The position numbers and the translations under genes were made by a program. Of a stretch of DNA of 64,000 bases, positions 29,394 to 38,075 are shown piece after piece; the stretch's first letter is position 1; each line of letters starts with the position of its first letter. The stretch is from Candidatus Methylomirabilia bacterium (GTDB taxonomy: Bacteria; Methylomirabilota; Methylomirabilia; Rokubacteriales; CSP1-6). The notes below the pieces were generated by a model. The model was not told the origin of the DNA and did not search any database. It saw only the letters and a program-made list of their open reading frames with translations. The stretch covers positions 39,517-103,516 of the forward strand of contig JBHIBG010000004.1 of the NCBI GenBank assembly GCA_046758965.1, given 5' to 3'.

Positions 29394-30176
29394 ATGGGCT
29401 CCTTCCTTTCGGTGATCGGACTCGGCTTCCTCCTGGGCATCCAGCACGCCACTGACCCCGATCACGTGGCTGCCGTCGCGACCATCGTGAGCCGCGAGCG
29501 ACACTTTCGGTCGGGAGCTCTCATCGGTGCGTTCTGGGGGCTCGGTCACACAGTTACCCTCGCCGGAGCCGGAGGGGCGATCATCATCCTGGATCTGACA
29601 TTCCCCCATGCTGTGAGCCGTTCCCTGGAGCTGATCGTAGCCGTGATGCTCGTGGGACTCGGGGTGCTCAGGCTCTGCTCGACCTTCCGGGGTGCGAGCC
29701 ACGTCCACCCGTCGCACCTGGCGGTTGGGCACGACCACGGGCACGGGAGTGTCTTCCACAGCCACGCGCACGTCCACTTGCGTGTGCTCCACAGGCATCC
29801 CCACGTCCACCCCCCCAGGCGCCTTCTGGCAGCGCTTCAGGCCGTCGGCCCCGCGCAGGCCGTCCGCTCCATGACTGTGGGGGGCGTTCAGGGCCTGGCG
29901 GGGAGCGCGGCGGTGGCGCTCTTGATCCTCTCGACGATCCGGGATCCCGACTGGGCGCTGGCCTACCTCGGCGTCTTCGGCGTGGGAACGATTCTCGGGA
30001 TGATGGCCATCACCGCTGCGCTCGCGCTACCGCTCACGCTCGGTGTGCGCCACTTCGCCCGGCTTCAGCAAGCGCTCGCCGCAGGGACCGGGCTCCTCGC
30101 GCTCACTGTCGGGGTTTTTCTGATCTACGAGAGCGGGATCGTGGAAGGGCTGCTCGTCAGCCCAGCGACTCCATAA
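29394..30176 (+). CDS. Nickel/cobalt permease (NiCoT/UreH-like) with His-rich loop
   Basis: HATDPDH, WGLGH, His-rich HDHGHGSVFHSHAHVH, GLAGSAA. Confidence 0.85.
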   Translation: MGSFLSVIGLGFLLGIQHATDPDHVAAVATIVSRERHFRSGALIGAFWGLGHTVTLAGAGGAIIILDLTFPHAVSRSLELIVAVMLVGLGVLRLCSTFRGASHVHPSHLAVGHDHGHGSVFHSHAHVHLRVLHRHPHVHPPRRLLAALQAVGPAQAVRSMTVGGVQGLAGSAAVALLILSTIRDPDWALAYLGVFGVGTILGMMAITAALALPLTLGVRHFARLQQALAAGTGLLALTVGVFLIYESGIVEGLLVSPATP

Positions 30177-31716
30177 AGCCGGCGATCTCGTCCACCGGGA
30201 CGCCCCTCACCGCAATCTCGGGCGCGTACACCACCTCATCGGCCGCCCAGACCAGCGTACCCCTGGCACTCTTGGTGATCCCGATGATCGCATCCAGCAG
30301 GCGACTGATGTTGTCGTTGATGCGGACCGTGTTGGCCTTGAGCGGCGCCACGATGCGACCGTCCCGGACGATGAAGGAGTCTCCGACCACCGTGCACGTA
30401 AAGTCTCCGGCGCGGAGACCGTTGATCGGATAGGTGTACCAGATCCGCCCTACGTATAGCCCGTCCCTGACCTTCGCGATCAGCTCGTCTAACGAGACCG
30501 CCTCGGTGCCCTCCACCAGCACGTTGGAGGCGGCCACCTCGGGCGGGCTGTCGAACTGCCGGCCCCCGCCGGCCGTGAACCGGAAGCCGTTCCGCGCCAC
30601 CAGCGCGCTGCGGGCAGGCTCCGTTTCTACCCCCAGCTTCTCCTTGATACGAGGGTCATGCAGGAGCCGCTGCGCCTCGTACCAATTGGTGACGCAACCG
30701 ACCAGGACCCCGTTCTTGATGAGATCCGTGCGTCCGGTCGGGAGCCCCTCGCAGGTGATCCCCTTGGAGCCGACGAAGCCTGGCATGGCGCCATGGTCGG
30801 CGATTGTAAGGAGCGGGGAGGCCACGGGTTTCCCCAGCTTGCCGAGGAACGGGGTGCTGGAGGAGTAGAAGGAGCCGGCGGTACACGCCGGGATTATCAA
30901 GTTGTTCACGAGGTCGGCGACCGGCTGCTTGCCGAAGATCACGGTGTACTCCCCCGAGGGGAGGCGTTGGCCATCGATGGCGTCGATGGCGTGCTGGGCA
31001 GCATCCACGCCAGCCTCGTCTGTGAAGTGGTCGAGAGTTGTTCCCGTGGTCCACCCTGAGCCTTTAGCGTTCTTCGTCTCCACCATGGCCGTGAGGAACG
31101 CCATGATCAGGGTGGATTCGTCGGTCTGAACGTCCGGCATCTGCGTTGTGGCAATCGCGACGCGCTCCTGAAGGATCGTGACATCCCCGCCCAGGATCAG
31201 GCCGAGCTCTTTCAGTCGATCCTCGGTTCCCGCCAGCTCGGCCAGTCTCGACGAGGCCATGAAAGTGCGGAGCGCACCTTGGGCCACTTTCCAGCCGACC
31301 TCCACCAGCTGCTCGTCTCGCACGGCGAGGAGCTTCGGATCGTGATAGTCAGTGAGGGTGCGCGACTCCCCCGTGGGCTTGGGGAGGGAGTGGAACTCCG
31401 GGTCGCGCACCGCGCCTTTCCTGGCCTTCTCCAGCGCCCGCTTGACTCCTTCGAGGGTGAGGTCGCTGGGCTCGCTCCCGAAGCCGATTGCCAACCCCTC
31501 CGGGCTCCTGAAGACCGCCTGGATTCCGATCCCCCAGGACGCGGTCGACTTTGGCTCCTCCACGCCGTTGCAGGGAATATGGGAGGAGTAGTTGAGACGG
31601 GTCAGTAGCTGCCCGTTGGCCGCCGTGAAGACCTCCACCTCGTGGAGATCCGGTTGCGCCCTGAGGTAGTCGAGCGCCTGCCCCGCCGCCTTCGCCAGCT
31701 CAGATACAGTGATCAT
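30157..31716 (-). CDS. Divergent TldE/PmbA-family protein (second copy)
   Basis: PSGEYTVIF, TCEGLPT, LIKNGVL, GDFT, C-terminal APEI; no HExxH; downstream of a TldD-like gene. Confidence 0.8.
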   Translation of the reverse strand: MITVSELAKAAGQALDYLRAQPDLHEVEVFTAANGQLLTRLNYSSHIPCNGVEEPKSTASWGIGIQAVFRSPEGLAIGFGSEPSDLTLEGVKRALEKARKGAVRDPEFHSLPKPTGESRTLTDYHDPKLLAVRDEQLVEVGWKVAQGALRTFMASSRLAELAGTEDRLKELGLILGGDVTILQERVAIATTQMPDVQTDESTLIMAFLTAMVETKNAKGSGWTTGTTLDHFTDEAGVDAAQHAIDAIDGQRLPSGEYTVIFGKQPVADLVNNLIIPACTAGSFYSSSTPFLGKLGKPVASPLLTIADHGAMPGFVGSKGITCEGLPTGRTDLIKNGVLVGCVTNWYEAQRLLHDPRIKEKLGVETEPARSALVARNGFRFTAGGGRQFDSPPEVAASNVLVEGTEAVSLDELIAKVRDGLYVGRIWYTYPINGLRAGDFTCTVVGDSFIVRDGRIVAPLKANTVRINDNISRLLDAIIGITKSARGTLVWAADEVVYAPEIAVRGVPVDEIAGFMESLG

Positions 31717-31825
31717 GAATCTCGTTCGCGCTTGTCTCGCATGGCTTATCGTTGTCGCAGAGGGCGATCCCGATATCGCCGTGGAGTGATGCGTTAACGA
31801 TATCACCCAGCCTCTGTTCGGGAGA

Positions 31826-32182
31826 TCATTTGAGCAAGCCGGGAACGGGGATCAAACGGCGGTTGACCGGGTCGGGAGCGAGGAGGAACCCCTCCAGCGT
31901 GTAGGCGCCCAAGAGGGGATCAGTTCCCGCTTCGCCGAAGACGACGAGTGTGGTACGGACTCGCCCGTTGATTCGCACTTGGGTTTGAGCCACATCGCAC
32001 TGGATTGAGCGGCCGTCGGCAAGCTGAAAGGGAATCTTCTCCTGCGGCGTCACGCCAAGGCGCTCCAGAAGAGGCCGCGGTGCCATACTAAAGCTGGCGC
32101 CCGTGTCTACCAGGGCCTCCACCGTTTCCCACCGCCGACCCTGGGAATCTCCGATCTCGATCTTTACAGTAAATGTTCCCAT
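31826..32182 (-). CDS. Clan AA retropepsin-like aspartyl protease
   Basis: ALVDTGA catalytic motif, LADG, LLG..TLE, DPVNRRL. Confidence 0.88.
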   Translation of the reverse strand: MGTFTVKIEIGDSQGRRWETVEALVDTGASFSMAPRPLLERLGVTPQEKIPFQLADGRSIQCDVAQTQVRINGRVRTTLVVFGEAGTDPLLGAYTLEGFLLAPDPVNRRLIPVPGLLK

Positions 32183-33748
32183 CTACGTGCCGGTGAGCCT
32201 GGCGCGGCTGCGCATCGTCGGGCCGCCGTTGCCGAGCTTCTTGGTCTGCATGGGCTGGCCCTTGCCGCAGTTGGGGATGGGGTAGAGACGAAAGTCGCTC
32301 CCCACGGCGTCCACGTTCATCAGAAAGTCCCTGGTATCCGCCGTGATTCCGCCGTCCCGGAAAAGCCGGCCGAGCTGACCGTTCTCGATCTCGTACACCT
32401 TCCTGGCCGAGATGCGGAAGTTCTCGCGGCTCTCGGCGATCGAAGGGACCCGGTGGCCGGCCAGGTAGTAGCCATGGTCGATCTCTTTGATCATCTCCTG
32501 CGCATCGTGGTGCCCCCGGGCGAAGACGGTGGTGGACATCCGGATCAGCGGGACCAGGGAGCCGGTAGTAGCCTTCCAGTGGCCGTTGGGGTCGCGGCCG
32601 AAGATGGCGGCCGTCTGCCGACTGTTCATGAATCCCTTGAAGATGCCGTTCTCGATGTGAACCACCCGCTTGGCCGGCGTGCCCTCGTGGTCGTACTTGT
32701 AGTGACCGTATCCGGGCAGCGTCGGGTCGGAGTAGGCGGTCACGAGCGGTGAGGCAATCTGTCTTCCGACCTGGTGTTCACCCAAGTGTCGCAGGAGCCA
32801 GGAGCGTCCCGCATAGGCCGTCTCCATCTTCAGGACGCGATCGAGTTCGACGGGGTGGCCGATGATCTCGTGGGAGAGCAGGGTGTTGTAGTGCGGGTCG
32901 GTCACGACGACGACCTCTCGAGCCGAAGACGGGGCGGCGGGCGCGTTGGCCAAGGCCACGGCCTCCCTGGCGATGGCGAGCGAGAAGTCAACGAAGGTCG
33001 GGAACCTGATGAGCGGCTCATCCACCCCGCGGAGCAGGATCTCCCACCCCCGCTGGTGGCCGAGGACGTCGTAGAGCTCCTGGCTGGTGGCCTCCGAGAC
33101 CGCTACCACATAGGACATCCCCTGGGTCAGCGCAAAGCTCTGGTCGATGAGGGCGCCGTCAGAGGAGGCGAACAGTTCGCGCGAGAGCTGGGTCAGGGTG
33201 GAGATGTAATTGTATTTGAGCTGATCGTGCACCGCCTGGACCTGGCGGGACACCTCCGTGGTGTAGCGCACCATCTCGCCCAGATCCATCGCCCGCGGAT
33301 CCATCTCGTACTCGGCCGGGACCGTATCCTGCCTCACCTCGATCGGGTGGAGCCGGGTGTCTCGGAGCGAGTCGCCCAGGCTCCCGAATTTCTCCCGCAC
33401 CGTCGCCTTGAGTTCGCTGTTGGCCATGGCCCGCCGGTAGGCCGAGAGCACCCCCTCCTTCAGGAGCTTTTGCAGCCTGTCCAGGTCTGCCACCCCTAGC
33501 GTTCTTCCAAAGTAGCCCGGCGCGACCGCCCGGTGGCCGGCCAGGACACGGATGCTGAAGGCGAAGGCGTAGTCCTCCCCCGAGAATTTGCTGGCCCCGT
33601 TCTCGGCGCCTGCGGCTTTACCTTCCACGATCTCGATCCTGAGGTCGGCATACCTGAGGTGGGCCAAGGTACGGGCGTAGGTGGTGACCAGCTCGAGGGC
33701 GATAGGCTTGAACTGGTCAGCAAGGTCGATGGTGATCTTCTGCGTCAT
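32183..33748 (-). CDS. Divergent TldD-family metalloprotease (second copy)
   Basis: HEIIGHPVELD zinc motif, YDHEGTP, LIRMS, NCGKGQPMQ...GGP; ATG 33748 after SD GGAG. Confidence 0.88.
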   Translation of the reverse strand: MTQKITIDLADQFKPIALELVTTYARTLAHLRYADLRIEIVEGKAAGAENGASKFSGEDYAFAFSIRVLAGHRAVAPGYFGRTLGVADLDRLQKLLKEGVLSAYRRAMANSELKATVREKFGSLGDSLRDTRLHPIEVRQDTVPAEYEMDPRAMDLGEMVRYTTEVSRQVQAVHDQLKYNYISTLTQLSRELFASSDGALIDQSFALTQGMSYVVAVSEATSQELYDVLGHQRGWEILLRGVDEPLIRFPTFVDFSLAIAREAVALANAPAAPSSAREVVVVTDPHYNTLLSHEIIGHPVELDRVLKMETAYAGRSWLLRHLGEHQVGRQIASPLVTAYSDPTLPGYGHYKYDHEGTPAKRVVHIENGIFKGFMNSRQTAAIFGRDPNGHWKATTGSLVPLIRMSTTVFARGHHDAQEMIKEIDHGYYLAGHRVPSIAESRENFRISARKVYEIENGQLGRLFRDGGITADTRDFLMNVDAVGSDFRLYPIPNCGKGQPMQTKKLGNGGPTMRSRARLTGT

Positions 33749-33759
33749 GGACTCTCCGG

Positions 33760-34962
33760 TCAGCTCCAGGCGAGCGGCTCCACCAGCACGGGCTCCCCGG
33801 GTTTCACGTCGCCACGCTCTTCCTCGATAATGATCAGGCAGTTGGCGGCCACCATGGAGGTCAGGATTCCCGAGCCCTGGGGCCCGGTCGTGGTGACTTC
33901 CCAGCCTTGAGGGCTGCTGCGGAAAACTCCCCGCTTGAACTCGCGCCGACCGCTCTTCTTTCGCATCGGCTCGGCGGCGATGGCTGTGAACTGTGGCGGG
34001 AAGAGCTCGCGCCTCCCGGCGAGCTTCCAGAGAGCAGGACGGACGAAGAGGACGAAGGTAAGCATTGAGGCGACGGGATTCCCGGGGAGCCCGAAGAACT
34101 GGGCCGCCCCGATCCGGCCCACGGCCATTGGCCGGCCCGGCTGCATGGCGACCTGCCAGAAGTCGATCCCGCCGATCTCCTCGAGGACATCCTTCACCAG
34201 GTCGTAGATCCCCACCGACACCCCGCCCGAGGTCATCACGACATCGGCGTTCTGGCCGGCCTGGACCAGGCACTCCTTGAGCTCTTTGCGGAGATCGGGA
34301 ACAATCCCGAGGTCGCTCACGACACCGCCTGCCGCCTCCACCAGGCCGCGCAGCGAGAACCGGTTGGAGTCGTAGATCTGCCCCGGCTTCCGGGGCCGAC
34401 CGGGTTCAATCACCTCGTCGCCTGTAGACAGAATAGCGACACGGGGCTTCTGTCGCACCAGGATCAGCGGGAGTCCGAGGGAGGCGATGACGCCGAGCTC
34501 CTGGGGACGGAGGACGCTTCCCGCGGCGATGACGGTGGCATCGGCGGCCACGTCTTCACCCTTGAGGCGGACGTTCGCGCCCTTGGCGATCGGAGCGAAC
34601 CTCGCCTGATCACCCTCCCGCTCCACCAGTTCCTGGGGAATCACGGTGTCAGCGCCGGCGGGGATGGGAGCGCCCGTCATGATGCGGATCGTCTCGCCTC
34701 CTGTCAGGGTCCTTTCGAAGACCGACCCGGCAGGGAGGTCGGCGACGACGCGGAGCGTCGCCGTGCCCTGGCTCGGGATGTCAACGCTGCCCACCGCGTA
34801 GCCGTCCACCGCCGAGTTGTCTGTGGGCGGCACGTTGAACGGGGCGCGCAGCTCTTCGGCGAGCACCCGACCCAGCGCCAGAGGGAGCGGAATCAGCTCG
34901 GGCGGACTCTCCGTCGTGACTTGGTCGAGAATGCGGATTTGCGCCTCGGCGACAGAGATCAT
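33760..34962 (-). CDS. moeA: Molybdopterin molybdotransferase
   Basis: GRVLAE, SAVDGYA, IMTGAPIP, STGDE, YDSN, TSGGVSVG, LPGNP. Confidence 0.95.
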   Translation of the reverse strand: MISVAEAQIRILDQVTTESPPELIPLPLALGRVLAEELRAPFNVPPTDNSAVDGYAVGSVDIPSQGTATLRVVADLPAGSVFERTLTGGETIRIMTGAPIPAGADTVIPQELVEREGDQARFAPIAKGANVRLKGEDVAADATVIAAGSVLRPQELGVIASLGLPLILVRQKPRVAILSTGDEVIEPGRPRKPGQIYDSNRFSLRGLVEAAGGVVSDLGIVPDLRKELKECLVQAGQNADVVMTSGGVSVGIYDLVKDVLEEIGGIDFWQVAMQPGRPMAVGRIGAAQFFGLPGNPVASMLTFVLFVRPALWKLAGRRELFPPQFTAIAAEPMRKKSGRREFKRGVFRSSPQGWEVTTTGPQGSGILTSMVAANCLIIIEEERGDVKPGEPVLVEPLAWS

Positions 34963-34968
34963 GGCGCC

Positions 34969-34974
34969 ATTATA
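34969..34974 (-). promoter_or_regulatory. -10 box of a probable leaderless moeA transcript
   Basis: TATAAT-N6-ATG with no SD. Confidence 0.65.
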
Positions 34975-35044
34975 CCCCGGAGCTCCGGGAAGAGGTCGCG
35001 GCCGCCGCTCGGCCCGCTCCTGCCCCCATCTGGTATAGTGAGAC

Positions 35045-35650
35045 GTGACCATGGCCTTCCTGAGTGACCGCTGTCCGAAGTGTGGTTTCGAACCGCTGGA
35101 GACGGAAGAATGTCCCCGGTGCCGGGTGATGGTGTTGCAGTACCGGCTCTACCTTGAACGGATCGCGGAGTCGGGGCGCGACCGCGCGCCAATCCTCGAG
35201 TCCGCTCCTCCCGGAGCTCTGCCAGAAACCGTAAGCGACATGAACCCGGCCGGCTTCTGGATCCGCGCGGGGGCCTCGCTGATCGACTACGTCTTCTTTA
35301 TCACGGTGGGGTTGGTCATCGGGTTCGTCGGCACGCTGCTGTGGGGCCAGGACGGCGCCTCCTCTCGAGTGTTCCAGGTCTCCCAGTTCGCGTTTCAGGC
35401 CCTTTTCGCCGCCTGGTACTACGTCCTCTTTCACTGGCTGTGGGGGCAGACTGTCGGGAAGATGACGCTCGGGATCCGGGTGATGACCGTGGAGGGAGCA
35501 CCGATCTCGCTCTGGGCCTCGATCGGTCGCTGGCTCGGGTATGCACTTTCGGCGCTTCCCCTTCTGATCGGGTACGTCATGGTGGGTTTCCGGAACGACA
35601 GGCGGGCGCTCCACGACCTCATCGCCGGCACGCGCGTGGTGCGGCTGTAA
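35045..35650 (+). CDS. RDD-family membrane protein with N-terminal zinc ribbon
   Basis: CPKC...CPRC, AGFWIRAGASLID, GQTVGK, RRALHDLIAGTRVV. Confidence 0.9.
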   Translation: MTMAFLSDRCPKCGFEPLETEECPRCRVMVLQYRLYLERIAESGRDRAPILESAPPGALPETVSDMNPAGFWIRAGASLIDYVFFITVGLVIGFVGTLLWGQDGASSRVFQVSQFAFQALFAAWYYVLFHWLWGQTVGKMTLGIRVMTVEGAPISLWASIGRWLGYALSALPLLIGYVMVGFRNDRRALHDLIAGTRVVRL

Positions 35651-35707
35651 GCGGCCATGGCATACGCCCGTCGGCATTCCGAACCTCCCGGGCACTGCTG
35701 GTGATCG

Positions 35708-36385
35708 GTGGCGCTGCCGCTGCCGCTTCGAAACCATCTCGCCGAGCTGATCCTCGCCGCCTTTCGAGAGCCCGAGGCGCGCGCCGTCCTTGACAGGCTC
35801 GGCCGATACTGCGGGGAAGCAGGGTCGGGAGGGCGCGTGGCTGACTTCCCCGCGAGTTTCCCGATGGAGTTCTTCGATCGGCGAGAGGGACGGCTGGTCC
35901 TGAAAGGAACCTACCGCCGTTTCCGGGACGAGCTTTGCGACCGGGCGGGGCGAGCCTGTGCGGTTGTCCGGGAGCGGTCGCTCTCAGAGCGCAACCCCTC
36001 GCTGAGGGAAGTCCTGGGCGAGGCAGCCGCTCTCTTCGATGCGCGCCTCCACTTCGAGGTGCACGAACTGCTCGAGCCGTGCTGGCTGCGCGCGGAGCGG
36101 GGTGAGCGGGAGATCCTTCAAGGGCTCATCAAGGTGGCGGTGGGCTACCACCATCTCGCGACCGGCAACGTCTCAGGTGCCCGGATGCTTCTGAAGGAGG
36201 GGAGCGACAAACTGGTGGCGCGGAGCCTTGCAGGCCTGGATGTCGGCGCCTTCGCCCTCGGGGTTCGCCGGTCGCTGGAAGCCGTCGAGCGGCTCGCCAC
36301 CCAGGCGCCGGGCGCCTTCGACTGGAGCCTGATGCCACGCTTTCCTCGGGAGAGCACCCGTGGAACCCGTCCGGCTCCTCAGTGA
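35708..36385 (+). CDS. DUF309-domain protein with N-terminal extension
   Basis: LFDARLHFEVHELLE..W, LQGLIKVAVGYHH, GARMLL. Confidence 0.75.
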   Translation: MALPLPLRNHLAELILAAFREPEARAVLDRLGRYCGEAGSGGRVADFPASFPMEFFDRREGRLVLKGTYRRFRDELCDRAGRACAVVRERSLSERNPSLREVLGEAAALFDARLHFEVHELLEPCWLRAERGEREILQGLIKVAVGYHHLATGNVSGARMLLKEGSDKLVARSLAGLDVGAFALGVRRSLEAVERLATQAPGAFDWSLMPRFPRESTRGTRPAPQ

Positions 36386-36437
36386 AGCGGAAGTCGCCTC
36401 CCTCGTGAAACCGAGAACATTCCTCTTGAGGAGGCCC

Positions 36438-36467
36438 TTGACGAGGCACACCCCCCAAGAGTAGGGT
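36438..36467 (+). promoter_or_regulatory. Sigma70-type promoter of the RRM gene
   Basis: TTGACG-N18-TAGGGT. Confidence 0.5.
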
Positions 36468-36470
36468 TTG

Positions 36471-36636
36471 GGCAGGCGCAAAGGGTTCGGGCCTTTGCGG
36501 CATTCGCGGAGAGTGCCCTCAAAGAGCGCGATTCTGAGAGGGCGTTTTTGCATGGGGGGAGGCGAGTCCCCCGGTGGCCGCCTGTGACTCGAGGGAGAGT
36601 TCGGACTCGGTCCTGTTCGCGGCAGGGAGGGACGTA
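36471..36636 (+). ncRNA. Candidate structured 5' leader of the RRM gene
   Basis: Several inverted repeats (GCAAAGG/CCTTTGC, GCCCTC/GAGGGC followed by a T-run, GGGGG/CCCCC, GAGT/ACTC, CAGGCG/CGCCTG). Confidence 0.45.
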
Positions 36637-36915
36637 ATGCCCGCAAAGTTGTTTATCGGTAACCTCTCATTCCAGGCGACGGAGGAGGACCTTCGGGAGC
36701 TCTTCCAGCAGGCGGGGACCGTGGAGTCGGTCCGGATCGTCACCGACCAGTTCACCGGGCGTCCGCGCGGCTTTGGCTTCGTAGAGATGTCTACCCGGGA
36801 GGAGGCCACCAAGGCGATCACGATGCTCAACGGCCTCCTCTTCCGCGACCGGAACCTCGTGGTCGATGAGGCGCGTCCGCGTCCGCAACGGGGGCCAGGT
36901 GGCCCCAGGAGGTAA
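36637..36915 (+). CDS. Single-RRM RNA-binding protein
   Basis: RNP2 LFIGNL, RNP1 RGFGFVEM, Gly/Arg-rich tail; SD GGGAGG. Confidence 0.95.
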   Translation: MPAKLFIGNLSFQATEEDLRELFQQAGTVESVRIVTDQFTGRPRGFGFVEMSTREEATKAITMLNGLLFRDRNLVVDEARPRPQRGPGGPRR

Positions 36916-36971
36916 CCGGGCTCCTCGGAGCGGCGTCGGGAACTGGCGGGGGTAACGCGGCAGCACAGGTG

Positions 36972-37003
36972 ACCCAGGGGCGGCATTCCGGCCCGGGTTT
37001 TTT
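36972..37003 (+). terminator. Intrinsic terminator after the RRM gene
   Basis: GC-rich imperfect hairpin ACCCAGGGGCGG-catt-CCGGCCCGGGT followed by a T-run. Confidence 0.6.
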
Positions 37004-37041
37004 CAGGGCAGAAGGACTCATCATATGTTAACATTCGGCGC

Positions 37042-38022
37042 GTGACGCACAGATGGGGCAAGGCGGCCTTCGAATTCATCCCGCTCCCGACCGAGCGGAG
37101 GGGTCGAATCCTCCACCCATTTGCCATCCCCTGCATGAATGGGGTCCTTGCCCTGAACGTGAGTCGAGGGTGCGCCCACGCCTGCGCGTACTGCTACATG
37201 CGGGCTTACCCTGAGACTCCCCCGAAGGGGTGGCTCGAGGTTTACGAGAACCTGCCGGCACGGCTGGAAACCGAGCTCGATCGGATGCGCCGCCGACCCC
37301 GCGCCGTGAGCCTCTGTACAGCGACCGACCCGTTCCAACCGTTCCCGTCGCTCCTGTCGGTCACGTTTGAAGCCGCTGAACTCCTTCTCAGACGGGGAAC
37401 AACGCTCACATTCCTCACAAAGGGGTTCATCCCTGACGAGTTCGTTTCCCTCTTCTCCCGCTACCGCGACCAAGTGAAGGGGCGGATCGGGCTCCTTTCG
37501 CTGGAGCCCCGGTATCACGAGATGTTTGAGCCGGGCACCGCGCCGGCGGAGGTCAGGCTCAAAAACATCGAGCGACTCCGCGCCGCGGGGGTACCGGTAG
37601 GAGTGAGACACGATCCCGTGATCCCGGGAGCGACTGACCAGCCAGAGCTTCTGAATCGCCTGTTCAGCGCCGTTGCTGCCTACGAGATCACCCACGTTGA
37701 TGTGGGGTACCTCTACCTCCGGCCCGGCATTGCCAGGCTCCTTCACGGAGAGCTGCTGCCGGCGATCGCGCGGCCGCTCCTCCGTCAGTTCAGGGGAGGG
37801 CCTGTCAGAGCCGTGGCGGCCTCATCCGAGACCCAGCTCCTGCCGCAGGATCTCAGGGCGCGCAGCTTTGCCACGATTCGCACGGCGGCTCGCGAGCACA
37901 GGATCACCCCGATCCTCTGCCGCTGCAAGAACCCCGATCTCACGGCGGAACGCTGCCAGGGCTCACGAGAGTTGGCTTACCCCGCGCCGGGCCGCCGGGC
38001 ACGCCAGCTCGCGCTCCTGTAA
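37042..38022 (+). CDS. Radical SAM protein, SplB/DNA-repair photolyase-like family
   Basis: RGCAHACAYCY, TATDPFQP, LTK, FEPGTAP...RL, DPVIPG; C-terminal RQLALL. Confidence 0.85.
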   Translation: MTHRWGKAAFEFIPLPTERRGRILHPFAIPCMNGVLALNVSRGCAHACAYCYMRAYPETPPKGWLEVYENLPARLETELDRMRRRPRAVSLCTATDPFQPFPSLLSVTFEAAELLLRRGTTLTFLTKGFIPDEFVSLFSRYRDQVKGRIGLLSLEPRYHEMFEPGTAPAEVRLKNIERLRAAGVPVGVRHDPVIPGATDQPELLNRLFSAVAAYEITHVDVGYLYLRPGIARLLHGELLPAIARPLLRQFRGGPVRAVAASSETQLLPQDLRARSFATIRTAAREHRITPILCRCKNPDLTAERCQGSRELAYPAPGRRARQLALL

Positions 38023-38075
38023 GAAGAGTCGGAGACCCACACGCCTGCATCTCGGGGCGAGCTCCGGGCGTTGGG

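Noticed and set aside
31717..31825. RiPP precursor peptide for the second TldDE
   Set aside because: No independent start/SD or recognisable core peptide, and no modifying enzymes nearby.
33749..34273. Long N-terminal extension of the second TldD in the ORF track (likewise mtaB 50208-50942)
   Set aside because: It overlaps moeA (or rlmN) in another frame and is low-complexity; a proper start exists downstream.
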